The notes beneath the pieces are model-generated. The model did not search any database, was not told the origin of the DNA, and saw only the letters and a list, made by a program, of their open reading frames with translations. A stretch of 64,000 nucleotides of DNA. Source: Octopus sinensis. Its lineage: Eukaryota. The stretch lies in the NCBI RefSeq assembly GCF_006345805.1, contig NC_042997.1:57226001-57290000 (forward strand). The letters run 5' to 3'. A program made the translations under genes and the position numbers. Shown piece after piece: positions 1-11,504 of the stretch. Positions within the stretch are counted from its first letter, which is position 1. Every line of letters begins with the position of its first letter.

Positions 1-1741
1 GAGAGCTGTGCGGGCCATGTATAGGGACGCCGCTAGTAGGGTGAGGGTTGGAAATGAGTACAGTGAAGAATTCCGGGTAGAGGTAGGGTCCACACAAGGC
101 TCAGTACTCAGCCCCCTCCTATTTATCATAGTCCTCCAGGCAATAACGGAGGAATTCAAGACAGGATGCCCTTGGGAGCTCCTCTATGCTGATGACCTTG
201 CTCTAATTGCTGAGTCGCTATCAGAACTGGAGGAGAAGTTTTCAGGTGTGGAAACAAGGATTAGAATCGAAGGGCCTCAGAGTCAATCTAGCTAAAACCA
301 AAGTCGTAATCAGTAGGAAGGTAGACAAATCACAAACACCTTCAGGTAGATGGCCCTGCTCGATCTGTAGAAAAGGTGTAGGTAGAAACTCTATAAATGC
401 ACCAGTGTAAGCTATGGACACATAAGAGAGATGCAGCAATGTCAAAGGAAGGCTAACTAGGAAGATGGTTTTTGTATGTGGCAGATGCTCAGGAACAATA
501 AACACTGAAAATGCTCTGAGACCAACTTCCGTCACTTCCCAGGGAGAAAAACTAGAAATAGTTGATAGTTTCCGTTACCTAGGTGACCAAGTCAGCAGCG
601 GGGGCGCGTGTGCTGAAAGTGTAACTGCTAGAGTAAGAATTGCTTGGGCAAAGTTCAGAGAGCTCTTACCTCTGCTGGTGACAAAAAGCCTCTCGCACAG
701 AGTGAAAGGCAGACTGTATGATGCGTGTGTACGAACAGCCATGCTACATGGCAGTGAAACATGGGCCGTGACTGCTGAGGATATGCGTAAGCTCGCTAGA
801 AATAAAGCCAGTATGCTCCGATGGATGTGTAATGCCGGTACTCACACTCGGCAGAGTGTAAGTACCTTGAGAGAAAAGCTGGACCTAAGAAGCACAGTTG
901 TTGTGGTGTGCAAGAGAGACGTTTGCGCTGGTATGGTCATGTGGCGAGAATGGATGAAGATAGTTGTGTGAAAAAGTGCCACACCCTAGCGGTTGAGGGA
1001 ACCTGTGGAAGAGGCAGACCCAGGAAAACCTGGGACGAGGTGGTGAAGCACGACCTTCGAACTTTAGGTCTCACTGAGGAAATGACTAGAGACCGAGACC
1101 TCTGGAAGTGTGCTGTGCGCGAGAAGACCCGGCAGGACAAGTGAGTCCACACCCGTGGCCTTCTACATGGGATGGAGCCAGCCTACGTATGCATACCTTC
1201 CCTTCTTGGGACACAAAACTCTACTTGTGAAGACGTGTTGAGGCAAGTGAGGATCAGAATCGAAATCGATCAATGGAAATTGCGGATGTGCTACCAGTGC
1301 CGGTGGCATGTCGAAACTCTGCTTGTGAAGACCCATTGAGGCAAGTGAGGATCAGAATCGAAATCGATCAATGGAAATTGCAGATGTGTTACCAGTGCCG
1401 GTGGCATGTAAGAGAACTTTCCGTTTCGTGACCGTTGCCAGCACCACCCCGTTTCGTGTCCGTTGCCAGCCTCGCCTGGCCCTCGTGCCGGTGGCACATA
1501 AAAAGCACCATCCGTTCGTGGCCGTTTGCCAGCTCTTTCTGGCACCAGTGCGGGTGGCACGTAAAAAGCACCCACTACACTCACGGAGTGGTTGGCGTTA
1601 GGAAGGGCATCCAGCCGTAGAAACACTGCCAGATTTTGACTGGGCCTGATGAAGCCTTCTGGCTTCACAGACCCCAGTAGAACCGTCCAACCCATGCTAG
1701 CATGGAAAACGGACGCTAAATGATGATGATGATGATGATGA
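1..1741 (+). mobile_element. RTE-clade non-LTR retrotransposon (LINE), 3' part: frameshifted reverse transcriptase C-terminus plus 3' UTR ending in (GAT)n
   Basis: Consecutive ORF pieces 8-295, 207-410, 465-971 and 908-1144 carry QGSVLSPLLF, LLYADDL, GLRVNLAKTK, FRYLGD, MLHGSETW, RLRWYGHV and GRGRPRKTW, all typical of RTE RT/thumb. The 3' UTR has an internal ~100-bp tandem duplication (about 1215-1410), minisatellite units, the hairpin CCATGCTAGCATGG at 1692-1705 and a (GAT)n tail at 1720-1741. Confidence 0.92.
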
Positions 1742-1857
1742 TATATATATATATAAGACAATGGGATAGACACATGGTTGACAAATTTAGAGGTAAGTTA
1801 GTAGCAGAGGGTATTATTTTGGAGGTATAAGAAATAAAATAATAAACTTTCAGAAAG

Positions 1858-2273
1858 AACATTATCATCAACATTTTAATGTCTACTTTTCTATGGGCTG
1901 AAGAGAGTTTACTGAGGTAGAGATTTTTCTGCAGCCAGATGCTCTTCCTCTTACCAACTCTTACCTGTTTTTATAATAAAGGTGATATTTTCCTATAACC
2001 AGACATGTTTCACAGAAAATTCGAAATGAATAACATTCATTTATAACAATCATGTGATGTCAAGACAGGGAGACACAGTCATTTACACATACATATATAA
2101 ACAACAGGTTTCTTCCAGTTTTCATCAATCAAATCCATTTACAAAGGTTGGTCAACCTGAGGGCTATAATAGAAGACACTTGACCAAGGTGCCACACATT
2201 ATACAGTGAGAGTGAACCCCAAACCATGTGGTTGGAAAAGCAAACTGCTTAACCACACAGCCACACCTGCACC
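1858..2273 (-). mobile_element. tRNA-derived SINE (family B: tRNA-like head, RTE-like 3' tail), degenerate
   Basis: Minus-strand head AGGTGCAGGTGTGGCTGTGTGGTTAAG is shared with other SINE copies. The body resembles 55085-55465 and 4450-4700 and ends in GATGAT. Confidence 0.65.
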
Positions 2274-2882
2274 TTGTAATTAAAAAAAATTCCTTGTAGT
2301 AGCAGATAATGACCATTCTAAATTATTAATACTGGAGATAGTTCTAGTTAAAGTAGTAGTATTTATTATTTAACTCCAGGTCAGCCCTGACTGAGCACAC
2401 TAATGGTTGAGAGCTTTCCTGCTCTAATCATCCTACCTTTCTCTCAGATATACCTATGATATTTTTTTAAACTATCCTTTCCTATTTCAAGACAGAAAGG
2501 TATAATCTGGAGATTTGGCAACAATGTTTTGCAGTTTAACCAACCGCACAAAAGATTACTAATCAATATAATGGAAGAAATTTGAGAAGCTGTTTCTATG
2601 TAATTGTGGTGGGAAACTTGATATTAAGAAATTAGTGAGTGTAAAAAGTGGCTGGGTAAGTAGGAGAAAGGAGAAATAGCTGTACTAGTATGGACAGGTG
2701 ATGAAAATGAAAATGTCTTGTTAGTTGAAAATAGCAGTGGAGCTACAAATTAAGGGTATCCATGACAGAAGAGAGAAAAGGTGATGATATTAGTCAATTT
2801 AATATCAGCACAAACCTGTCTGAGACTACCTCAGTCTCTATGATACACAACCTAACATAAAACACTTGATTGTAATTATATA

Positions 2883-4137
2883 TTGGGTCATCCCATAAAT
2901 AATGCAGTTTTTTCAATTGCATGAACTAAAAAATGGAGGGGGACAGGATAAGCTACCTGCATCAACTTGCTATAAAAACAGGTAGTAATTTTACCTTGTC
3001 CTTATTCTTAGTGCAAATTTTGAAGAGTGCAGTTCGATTTTAAGATTTCCAAAGCTATAATAGAAGTGACAAAGGAGCATATTCAGCACATTGTGCTATA
3101 CAAGTTCAATAAAGGCAACAACGCAACAGAAAGTGCAAGAAATATTAATGCAGTATATGGGGATTGGACAATAAGTGTAAGCCAGTGTCAACGGTGGTCC
3201 CAGAAATTCCAAGTTGGAAACTACAGCCTAGATGAGCCTCATCCTGGAAGATCTGTAATACTCAACAAGGACGTCCTGAAAATCCTGCTGGAACAAAATC
3301 CCATTGTGGCTGTTGAAGAACTAGCAGAGAAGCTTGAATTTGGTCATTCAACCAGTCATCGACACCTGCATGCAATTGCAAAAGTCAGTAAAATGGGTCA
3401 ATGGGTTCCTTACAAACTTTCCAAGTCTAATCGCATGCAGAGAATGAATATGTGATTTTTTTGCTGTCACATCTCACGAATAAACCTTTTTTGAACCGAA
3501 TAGTGACTGGTGATGAGAAATAGGTTCTCTATAAAAATGTCAAGTGCTGAAGACAGTGGGTAGGGAAAGGAGAAACACTGGCACCCCAGACTAAAGAAGG
3601 CCTTCACCCACGTAAAGTGTTGTTATCTGTTTGGTGGGATATGAAAGGTTTAGTCCTCTTTGAACTTTTAAACTCAAACCAAATGATATTAAAGGAGATC
3701 TACTGTGAGCAGCTTAAGTCAGTGCTGGAAGAAAAAGACCATCTTTGGTTTCAAGACAAAAGGTGTTCTTCCATCAGGATAATGCTCAGCCACATACAGC
3801 GAGGATGACATTCCAAAGGCTGGAGGAGTTTGAATGGAAAACAATGCCCCACCCACCATATTGGCTGGACATTGCCCCATCTGATTATCATTTATTCCGC
3901 AGTCTTCAAAATCATTTGGATGGAAAAAATATGAATTCTGTAGACAAGGTTAGAACAGTACTGGAAGAGTATTTTTCATCTCAGACAAGTGAATTTTGGA
4001 AGAGGGACCTTGCAAGTCTTCCAGGGAGATGGAAGAGCATTGCAGAAAATGAAGGAGAGTACATTTTAAATTAAAAAAAGAACTTAGTTTATTTTAATTT
4101 TGAAAAATAAAACTGCATTATTTATGGGATGGCCCAA
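2883..4137 (+). mobile_element. Full-length defective mariner transposon (Mos1/Hsmar-type, DD34D)
   Basis: 29-bp TIRs TTGGGTCATCCCATAAATAATGCAGTTTT (2883) and AAAACTGCATTATTTATGGGATGGCCCAA (4109-4137) have 1 mismatch, with TA on both flanks. Transposase motifs are HIVLYKF..GNNATESA (HTH), WVPYKL, VTGDEK, HQDNAQPH and HPPYWLDIAPSDYHLF. The ORF is broken by stops and frameshifts. Confidence 0.95.
3027..4074 (+). pseudogene. mariner transposase pseudogene
   Basis: ORF fragments 3027-3455, 3617-3808 and 3745-4074 join into one mariner transposase with stops and frameshifts. Confidence 0.9.
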
Positions 4138-4449
4138 TATAAAAGCTTTTTGATAAATTACGTTCAAAACAAATGTCACAATAAGTTATTTGGTTTATTT
4201 TCAAATAAATTTTAAACTGAAAGATGATGCAGTTTTATTAGAAATCTGATCACAAACAGATTAAATAAAGTTTCACACTTCACAGATGAGAGGACATGAG
4301 ACTAAAATGAAGCAAGATATGCTGTGCTGCAGTATTTTCCAAAAGCTGTCAGCATGGAAAAAAAGAAAAAAGGGTGTGATGAGCCAATAAAAATAGCAGT
4401 CAAATACCCATTAAGCAACACCCTATCATTTTCAAATCAGATACCTTAG

Positions 4450-4700
4450 ATAGTATGTGTGTGAATTCATGTCTCCTTGTTTTGACATCAGATGTAAATT
4501 GTTGTTCATTTGCAATCTTCTGTGAAAACATGTCCAGCTATTGTATTGTTTGCATTTGAAGAAATATTGCCTTGCTTGTTAACAAGTGAAGGTTGGGGTC
4601 AAGAGCACCCTCCAGCTGTAGAAAATTAGCCCCAATGAGTTTTGTGTGACCCATGTAAGCATGGAAAAAAATGTATGTTAAAATGATGATAGTGATACAT
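4450..4700 (+). mobile_element. SINE family B body/tail fragment
   Basis: Similar to the reverse complement of 1858-2070. It ends CCATGTAAGCATGG...ATGATGAT and is followed by (AC)n. Confidence 0.55.
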
Positions 4701-5349
4701 ACACACACACACACACACACACAATACACATACAACCAACATTTATATTCATCAGTAGTCATATGAGTAATCATAATATGAAACCAATTTCAGTACATAT
4801 TAATGAAAACTTAGTGCAAATCTAATAAAAGAATGAAGTTAATAGTTCAGTCAATGTAATCTATTCTAATAATAACTCATCTTCTAAATATTGAATATAA
4901 TTAACTTCCAACTGTTCAACCTCATTAACTACATCAGATTCACTTCCTCTTAATACCATCATACATGGCAATTCCTCAGACATTGATAAAGAGAAAAATT
5001 TAGCAAATCATTTAGGTAATTGAAACAACAAAAGGTAGTATAGTTTAAATTACATTCCAAAGTTATTTACATGATGATGATGTTAATCTGAAGTCAGTTC
5101 TATTTGAACTGGGCACTTACGATCAAACCCATTCCAGACATGACCATCTCACCTAATAATCCAGGACTACTTTTTTTAAAGGTGGCGGTATGATCTGAGA
5201 GAAATTTGGATGCTATTTGTAGCAAGTCTAGAAATATCAAGCCATGTAGTATATTGGTTCAAGTTATAAGTATTGTAATTATTTGGCTACAATGCACTCT
5301 GCTTGATGGGTGGTATGAAAACACCAGAAACACAGGCAATAATAATTTT

Positions 5350-5655
5350 TAGTGCTTGTTGACCTGGAGAAGATACCATGATAGGATACCATGCTCAGTA
5401 GTCTGGAAGTTGCCAAGAAAGCTAAGTGTAAATGAATGGATTGTGAAAAATCTGCAAGCCATGCACCGAGATGCCATTAGCAAGGAATTTGCTGTGCAAG
5501 TAGTTGACCATCAAAGGTTAGTTCTGAGCATTTCTTGTTTATTACAGTTCTCTATTCGCATAACTGAATTTGTAAAAAAAAATTATAGAAAAAATTCCAA
5601 CATGATAGCAAAGTCCAAAATAGAGAGACTCCAAGTAAATCTAGCAAAAATGGAT
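5350..5655 (+). mobile_element. Internally deleted RTE RT fragment
   Basis: DRIPCSVVWKLPRKLSVNEWIVKNLQAMHRDA resembles the RTE motif DRVPREVIWWALRKLGVEEWLVRAVQAMYRD. LQVNLAK resembles LRVNLAK. Confidence 0.7.
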
Positions 5656-5729
5656 GTCTGAATTAGCTGGGAAAGAAAGACAGGGTTCTACCACCACCAA
5701 GACGGTTACCATGTTAAATATGCAGAAAA

Positions 5730-8485
5730 AAACCCGTCCAACCCATGTTGGCATGGGTTGGATGGTTTGACTGGGGTCTGGGAAGCCAGGAGGCTGCACC
5801 AGGCCCCAATCTGATCTGACAGTGTTTCTACAGCTGGATGCCCTTCCTAATGCCAACTACTCCAAGAGTGTAATGGGTGCTTTTTACGTGCCACCGGCAC
5901 AGGGGCCAGAGGTGCTGGCATTGATCATGATCGGATGGTGCTTTTTATGTGCCACCGGCATGGAAGCCAATGAAGGTGGCACTGGCATCGGCTACATTTG
6001 GATGGTACTTTATGTGCCACCAGCACAGGGGTCACAACTACAATTTCCATTTGATTTGATTTGATTTTAATATTAATTTGATTTGATTTGATTTTAATAT
6101 TAATTTGATTTGATTTTGATATTGATGTACTTGACTGAATAGGTCTCCTCAAGCACAGCAGGTTGCCCACAATCCAAGGTACTTTTGAATGGGCTGGGGC
6201 CGGTTATGCGAAACTGGTGTAGGTTACAGCTGTGAATTCACTTTATTTGCTGGGTCTTCACAGTCACAGCATACCTCCAGAGGTCTTGGTCTTTTGTCAT
6301 TGTCTCTGTGAGGCCAAACATTGATGGTCGTGCTTCACCACCTCATCCCAGGTCTTCCTAGGTCTCCCTCTACCCCGAATTCCTTCCACTGTTTGGGAGT
6401 GGCACTTCTTCACACAGTTCTCCTCATCCATTCACAGTACATGACCATACCAACACAAACATCTCTCTTGCACACCACATCCGATGCTTCTTATGTCTAA
6501 CATTTCTCTCAGGGTGCTTACACTTTGTTGTGTGCACACTGACATTACACATCCAATAGATCTTGCTAGCTTCATTTCTTTTGAGCCTATGCATGTCTTC
6601 AGCAGTCATGGACCATGTTTCACTGCCATGAAACATGGCAATTTGCACACATACATCATACAATCTACCTTTCACTCTGAACGAGAGGCCCTTTGTCACC
6701 TTTCTGAACTTTGCCCAGGTTATTCTTATTCTAGTGGTAACATTCTCTGGGCATCAACCCCCAATATAGACTTGGTCACCTAGGTAGCGGAAGCTATCAA
6801 CTACTTATAATTTCTCCCCCTGGCATGTGATGGAATCTGTTTTCTGAACATCTGTGGTGTTTATTGCCCCTGTGCATCTGCTGCACATGAAAGCTATCTT
6901 CCTGGTTAATCTTCCTTTGATGTTGCTGCACCTCTTGTGTCCATGGCTTACACTGGGTACATTTTATGGAGTTTCTACCTACACCTTTTCTACAGATCGA
7001 GTAGGGCCACCTACCTGAAGGGGAGTGTTATGTGTCCACCTTCCTACTTACTAGAACTTTGGTCTTTGCAACATTGACTCTAAGGCCCTTTGATTCTAAA
7101 CCTTGCTTCTATACCTGAAATTTCTTCTCTAGTTCAGGTAGTGATTCTGCTATGAAGGCCAGGTCACCCGCATAGAGGAGCTCCCAGGGACAACCTGTCT
7201 TGAATTCCTCTGTTATTGCCAGGAGGATTATGATGAATAAGAGGGGGCTGAGGGCTGATCCTTGGTGGACCCCTATTTCTACCTGGAATTTTTCACTATA
7301 CTCATTGCCAATCCTAATCCTACTAATGGCATCTCTGTATAGGGCCTTACAGCCCTTATTAACCATTCGTCAATCCCCAGTTTCCACATTACCCATCAGA
7401 TAAGGGATCAGGGGACCCTGTCAAAAGCTTTCTCCAAGTCCACAAAAGCCAAGTATAGGAGTTTATCTTTGGCTAGGTATTTCTCCTGCAGTTGCCGTAC
7501 CAGGAATATATCATCAGTGGTGCTTCTACCTGGCACAAAACTGAACTGCATCTCATCTAAGCAAGCTCTCTCCCTAATTAGTTGGGTTAAGATCTTCTCC
7601 ATCAACTGATCCAGCATTTTGATACCCCTGTAGTTATTTCTATCTAAAGCATCACCTTTACCTTTGTAGCAGCTGACTATGGTGCTGCTATGCCAGTCAT
7701 TGGGTATGATTCCATCATAAACTACCTGGTTTACAATACGAGTGACTGGGCTATAGCCCACACCACCAGATGGTTTAAGCGTCTCAGCAGTGATTCCTGA
7801 TGGGCTGAGGGTTTTTCTTTGCTTCATACCCTTAATTGCTTTATCTAACAGGGTGCTGTCTATTCAGATAGCTGGACCCTCTACTGGATCAATGTTTGGC
7901 AGGCTCTCCTCCCATTCAATTTCCATGTTCAGCATTCTTTCATAATGGCTTCTTCAAGCCTTTTTCTTTTCTGAATCATTAAAAGCAAGTGCACCATCAT
8001 CCATGTGGACACATTTCTCTCCTGTGACATCACAATTTTCTCTCACACACTGTCATGCAATCCAAAATACTTCAGTTCTTTGGTCCTCACATCGCTGGAC
8101 ATTGGCAAACTTCTTTTCTGCTTCACCCTTGGCTATGTATACCTGTTGTCCAGCCTCCCTTTTGGCTATTTGGTACAGTTCCCTGCTATCCCCACCCTTC
8201 CAGGCTTTCCAGGCCTGTTTCTTTGCTCTGATGGCTTTGTCTACCGTATTATTCCACCACCACATTACTCTAGGTCTGGAAGGGACTTTGCGCCATCCGC
8301 AGTCTTGGTCTGTAGCACCCAGTAAGCTGTCCGATAGGAATTTCTAGCTACCTTCTATGTCCGAGAACTGTAGCTCCTCCTTCCTCTCATCAAATGTCTT
8401 GATAAGCATGTCCCTAAATCTCTGACCATGCGAAGAGTTCTTTAGCTTCCAAATCCTTCCCTTCTGGATTGGTCTGCTTTTTGGC
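5730..8485 (-). mobile_element. RTE-clade LINE, 5'-truncated and degenerate (same family as 1-1741)
   Basis: Minus ORFs 8053-8265 (WWWNNTVDKAIRAKK), 7408-7827 (IPNDW..YKGKGDALDRNNYRGIKML..GRSTTD..QLQEKY..FVDLEKAFDRVP), 7109-7366 (HQGSALSPLLF, LLYAGDL) and 6424-6699 (MFHGSETW), then the family 3' UTR. Confidence 0.92.
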
Positions 8486-8500
8486 ATATATATATATATA

Positions 8501-8700
8501 AACATACACTTTATTAATAAAGCTGCAAAGACATCACAAAAACTGTTACTCTGAGTTTCACGTTCCTGTCTGACAAATGGGTATGTGAAACTCTGAGTAA
8601 CAGTTTTCGTGATATCTTTACTGCTTTAAAGCATATTATTTTACCTCCAGTATTTGAGTACTATTTTTTCCTCCTTGTTTCACATTTATGTGCTTACTCT

Positions 8701-8702
<2 letters not shown>
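8501..8702. mobile_element. Small inverted-repeat element in a (TA)n tract with a degenerate minimal hammerhead motif (Penelope-like terminus)
   Basis: Inverted arms at 8518-8564 and 8583-8627. (TA)n flanks both sides (8487-8500 and 8703-8768). HHR-like fold at 8566-8603. Confidence 0.55.
8566..8603 (+). ncRNA. Degenerate minimal type I hammerhead ribozyme motif
   Basis: Stem I CTGT/ACAG, core CTGACAA (G8 to A against CUGANGA), weak stem II, GAAA, stem III ACTC-T-GAGT, cleavage triplet GUA. Confidence 0.45.

Positions 8703-8768
<66 letters not shown>
8703..8768. repeat. (TA)n microsatellite
   Basis: Direct reading. Confidence 0.98.
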
Positions 8769-8772
<4 letters not shown>

Positions 8773-9494
8773 CCTTAGCAATCAATAGGAGAAAAATTGT
8801 TCTATGACATAGAAATGAAATGAAATGGAAATTATACACAGCCCTCCTATTTTTTGTCGTTTTAGTTCTTTCATTTGATTCAATCATATTGATCCTACCA
8901 CTAGATCAATGATATTTTTATTTTATTATTACTTATAAAAAATTATGTGTTTTTTTTGGGTTTTTTTCAAAATACTTGATTTTGTTGCTGGTTGTAGTTT
9001 CTGAATTATATGTAAAAATTGATGAATACATGAATTAATGGTAGCTGCTCAGCATCAGTTGAAACCAGCTGAATGCATACTATGAGAGACATCAGAAAGA
9101 AGCCCAACTATACTCTAGAAATATTGAAATCCATTATGAAGGAATTAACTTGTAATATTTTCAATGTAAAATTATATTAGATATTTAGAGGCACCAATTT
9201 GTAAGAGAAAAGCATAAGAGATCTTCAGTGAGTCAGTTGCTCTTTTTGTGCAATAGTATTGATACCAATATTGTTTAACAACTATTGTAGCTTGAAGGCT
9301 AAATTATTATTTGGTATTTTGAAATGAAAACCGTAATCCAATATAATTTTTTATTTCTACAAAACTCAACTTTTAAGCACTGATTAAATGAGGCAAACCA
9401 AATTCTGAATGTAATAAATACACACACACACAAATATGTATAGCAGAAGTATTAAGGTTGCTTCTCCTGGTGAAAAGGATTGTCTTGCATGAGT

Positions 9495-9703
9495 CCTGTG
9501 CCAGTGCTATGTAAAAAGCACTTATGCTGGTGCCACATTTAAAGCACCCAGCATGCATTGTGAAGTGGTTGGCATTAGCAAGGGCATCCAGCTCTAAAAA
9601 CTCAAATCAGACTGGAACCTGGTGCAACTTTCTGGCTGGCCAGTGCTGGTCAAACCATCCAACCCATGCTAGCATGAAAAACAGACATTAAAGAATGATG
9701 ATT
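9495..9703 (+). mobile_element. RTE-family 3' end (5'-truncated)
   Basis: GTGGTTGGCATTAGCAAGGGCATCCAGC...CCATCCAACCCATGCTAGCATG...ATGATG tail. Confidence 0.8.
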
Positions 9704-9711
9704 ATTATATA

Positions 9712-10440
9712 TCATCATCATCACCATCATTGTTGTTTAATGTATGCTTTCCATGCTGGCATGGGTTGGACGGTTTGACTGAGGGCTGACGAGCCAGAAG
9801 GCTGCACCAAGCTCTAATCTGATCTGGCAAAGTTTCTACAGCAGGATGCCTTTCCTAATGCCAACCACTCTGAGAGTGTAGTAGGTGCTTTTTATATGCC
9901 ACCGACATGAGGGCCAGTCAGGCGGTACTGGCATTGACCATGCTCAAATGGTGCTTTTTACATGCCACCGGGACAGGAACCAGTCAAGTGGCAATGGTAA
10001 TAACCATGCTCGAATGGTGTTTTTACGTTCCACCGGCACAGGTGCCATTTAGGCAATACTGGCAACAATCATGCTTGAATGGTGCTTTTTACGTGCCACC
10101 GGCATGGGAGCCAGTCAGACAGCACTAGCAACGATCACACTCAAATGGTGCTTTTAATGTGCCACTGGCATGGGTGCCAATCAGGCAGTACTGTCATTGG
10201 CCATGACAACAATTTCACTTCCTTCAACAGGTCTTTGCAAGCTGGTTATGCTGCACTGGCAGAGACCTCAGTTATGGTCTCACGTTGATTGCCAGGTATG
10301 CTCAAGCACAGCATATTTCCAAAGGTCTCGGTCACTTGCCATTGCCTCGGTGAGGCCCATTGTTCAAAGGTTGTGCTTCACCACCTCATCCCAGGTCTTC
10401 CTGGGTCTACCTCTTCCACAGATTCCCTCTATTGCTAGGG
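9712..10440 (-). mobile_element. RTE-family 3' end with expanded minisatellite
   Basis: CATCATCAT tail at 9712, about 5 units containing GGTGCTTTTTA(C/T)(G/A)TGCCACC, and the GRPRKTW-type ORF end near 10380-10440. Confidence 0.85.
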
Positions 10441-10515
10441 TGTGACACTTTTACACACAGCTATCAATGCATTTTTGCTAGTATGCTAATGATTCCGCTA
10501 GCTTGCCACCTTAAT

Positions 10516-10695
10516 AATAAGAGCACTCGGAGAGCGCAAATCTCTGCCAAGGCAACACCAACATCCTCTCAACGATTAGCTGGAGATGATTTTAAAATGA
10601 GAATATCTTAAATAAATTCGACTGCTCTCAAAAATTAAGTAAATAAAAACCAGAAAAATAATCCAGAATCCTTGTCCAGTACCTGATCCATCCCA
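10516..10695 (+). mobile_element. Helentron-associated non-autonomous element (HINE/DINE-like), 5' part
   Basis: Starts AAGAGCACTCGGAGAGCGCAAATCTCTGCCAAGG and is near-identical to the start at 12243. The 3' half appears at 11305-11500. The family assignment comes from remembered consensus features (subterminal inverted repeat). Confidence 0.45.
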
Positions 10696-10739
10696 ATGGG
10701 AGTCATGGAATGTATAGGTGGGTGTGTGGGCTGAATGTG

Positions 10740-10970
10740 TCATCTGCAGTGGGAACAGGGAGTTTCCTCTATGAAGGCATTTTTTAGTCTATCCACTGAT
10801 ATAGTGTCTGTATGACCATTAAGGTCTATAGTGAATAATTTATCTGTATGTGAAAGAAAATGGAAAGGACCTACATACGGTGCTGTTAACAGAGGTTTAA
10901 CAACATCATTACGCACAAAAATGTGAGTCCAAGAAGTAAAGCTTCCTTTAAGGCAGAGCCAGAAATGCAA
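10740..10970 (-). mobile_element. Ty3/gypsy-like integrase C-terminal fragment
   Basis: VRNDVVKPLLTAPYVGPF....DKLFTIDLNGHTDTISVDRLKNA matches the gypsy pattern VR.D.V+.PL..PY.GP...G....VS+DRLKPA. Confidence 0.75.
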
Positions 10971-11304
10971 TTGTCAAGTAGGTAAGAGGTTTTAAACAGG
11001 AATGATATATTCAGAATTGGTAAAACTAAAATTGTCATGGATAAATTAAATTTATTATTGTTACTGAATATGTTTGTGTTATTTAATTTCTGAAGGGTTT
11101 TGCTGTTGTTTGTTTATGTTATTTGATTCTTTATCCATTGGTTTCTACTAAAATAGTGACGCAAGTAAAATTAATAATAGAGAAACGAAAATAAAACTTT
11201 GGAAACAGCAATGCCACCATAACTTACTTGGAAACTATGAGCATGCTTTCAAGGGAGATAATCAGAGAAAGACTTGAAAGTCCATAGGATCATAATACTT
11301 CATG

Positions 11305-11500
11305 TAAAGTGAAAAAAAAAGGAAAAATAATTCAGAATCCCTGTCCGTTACCAAAATCTAATCAGTTTGTGCCAGTCACAAGGCCAATCTTCCCTGAAAG
11401 TTTCATCCAAATCCATCCAGTGGTTCTTGAGATATATTGTCCATGGACAAACAAACATGACTGGAAACAATACCTCCACCTTTGCTAAGACAGAAGTAAT
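11305..11500 (+). mobile_element. HINE-like element, 3' part
   Basis: AAAATCTAATCAGTTTGTGCCAGTC...CCCTGAAAGTTTCATCCAAATCC... is shared with 12420-12545. It ends in the degenerate palindrome ACCTCCACCTTTGCTAAGACAGAAGT. Confidence 0.45.
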
Positions 11501-11504
11501 AAAC

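Noticed and set aside
1646-1652. CTGATGA core-like motif, also at 24359 and CTGACGA at 9786
   Set aside because: No correctly placed GAAA or closing stems I and III. The 1646 and 9786 motifs are point variants of LINE UTR sequence.
1291-1773. 160-aa ORF with a poly-His run, and similar ORFs (30573-30989, 49189-49413)
   Set aside because: These are translations of the (GAT)n tail and minisatellite of the LINE UTR, not genes.
6050-6120. 27-bp tandem duplication of TTTGA-rich sequence
   Set aside because: Simple slippage within a LINE UTR.
9880-10200. Repeat-spacer-like array (GGTGCTTTTTACGTGCCACCGGCA with intervening segments) resembling CRISPR
   Set aside because: The 'spacers' are homologous to each other, the array is part of a LINE 3' UTR found many times in the window, there are no cas genes, and the DNA is eukaryotic.
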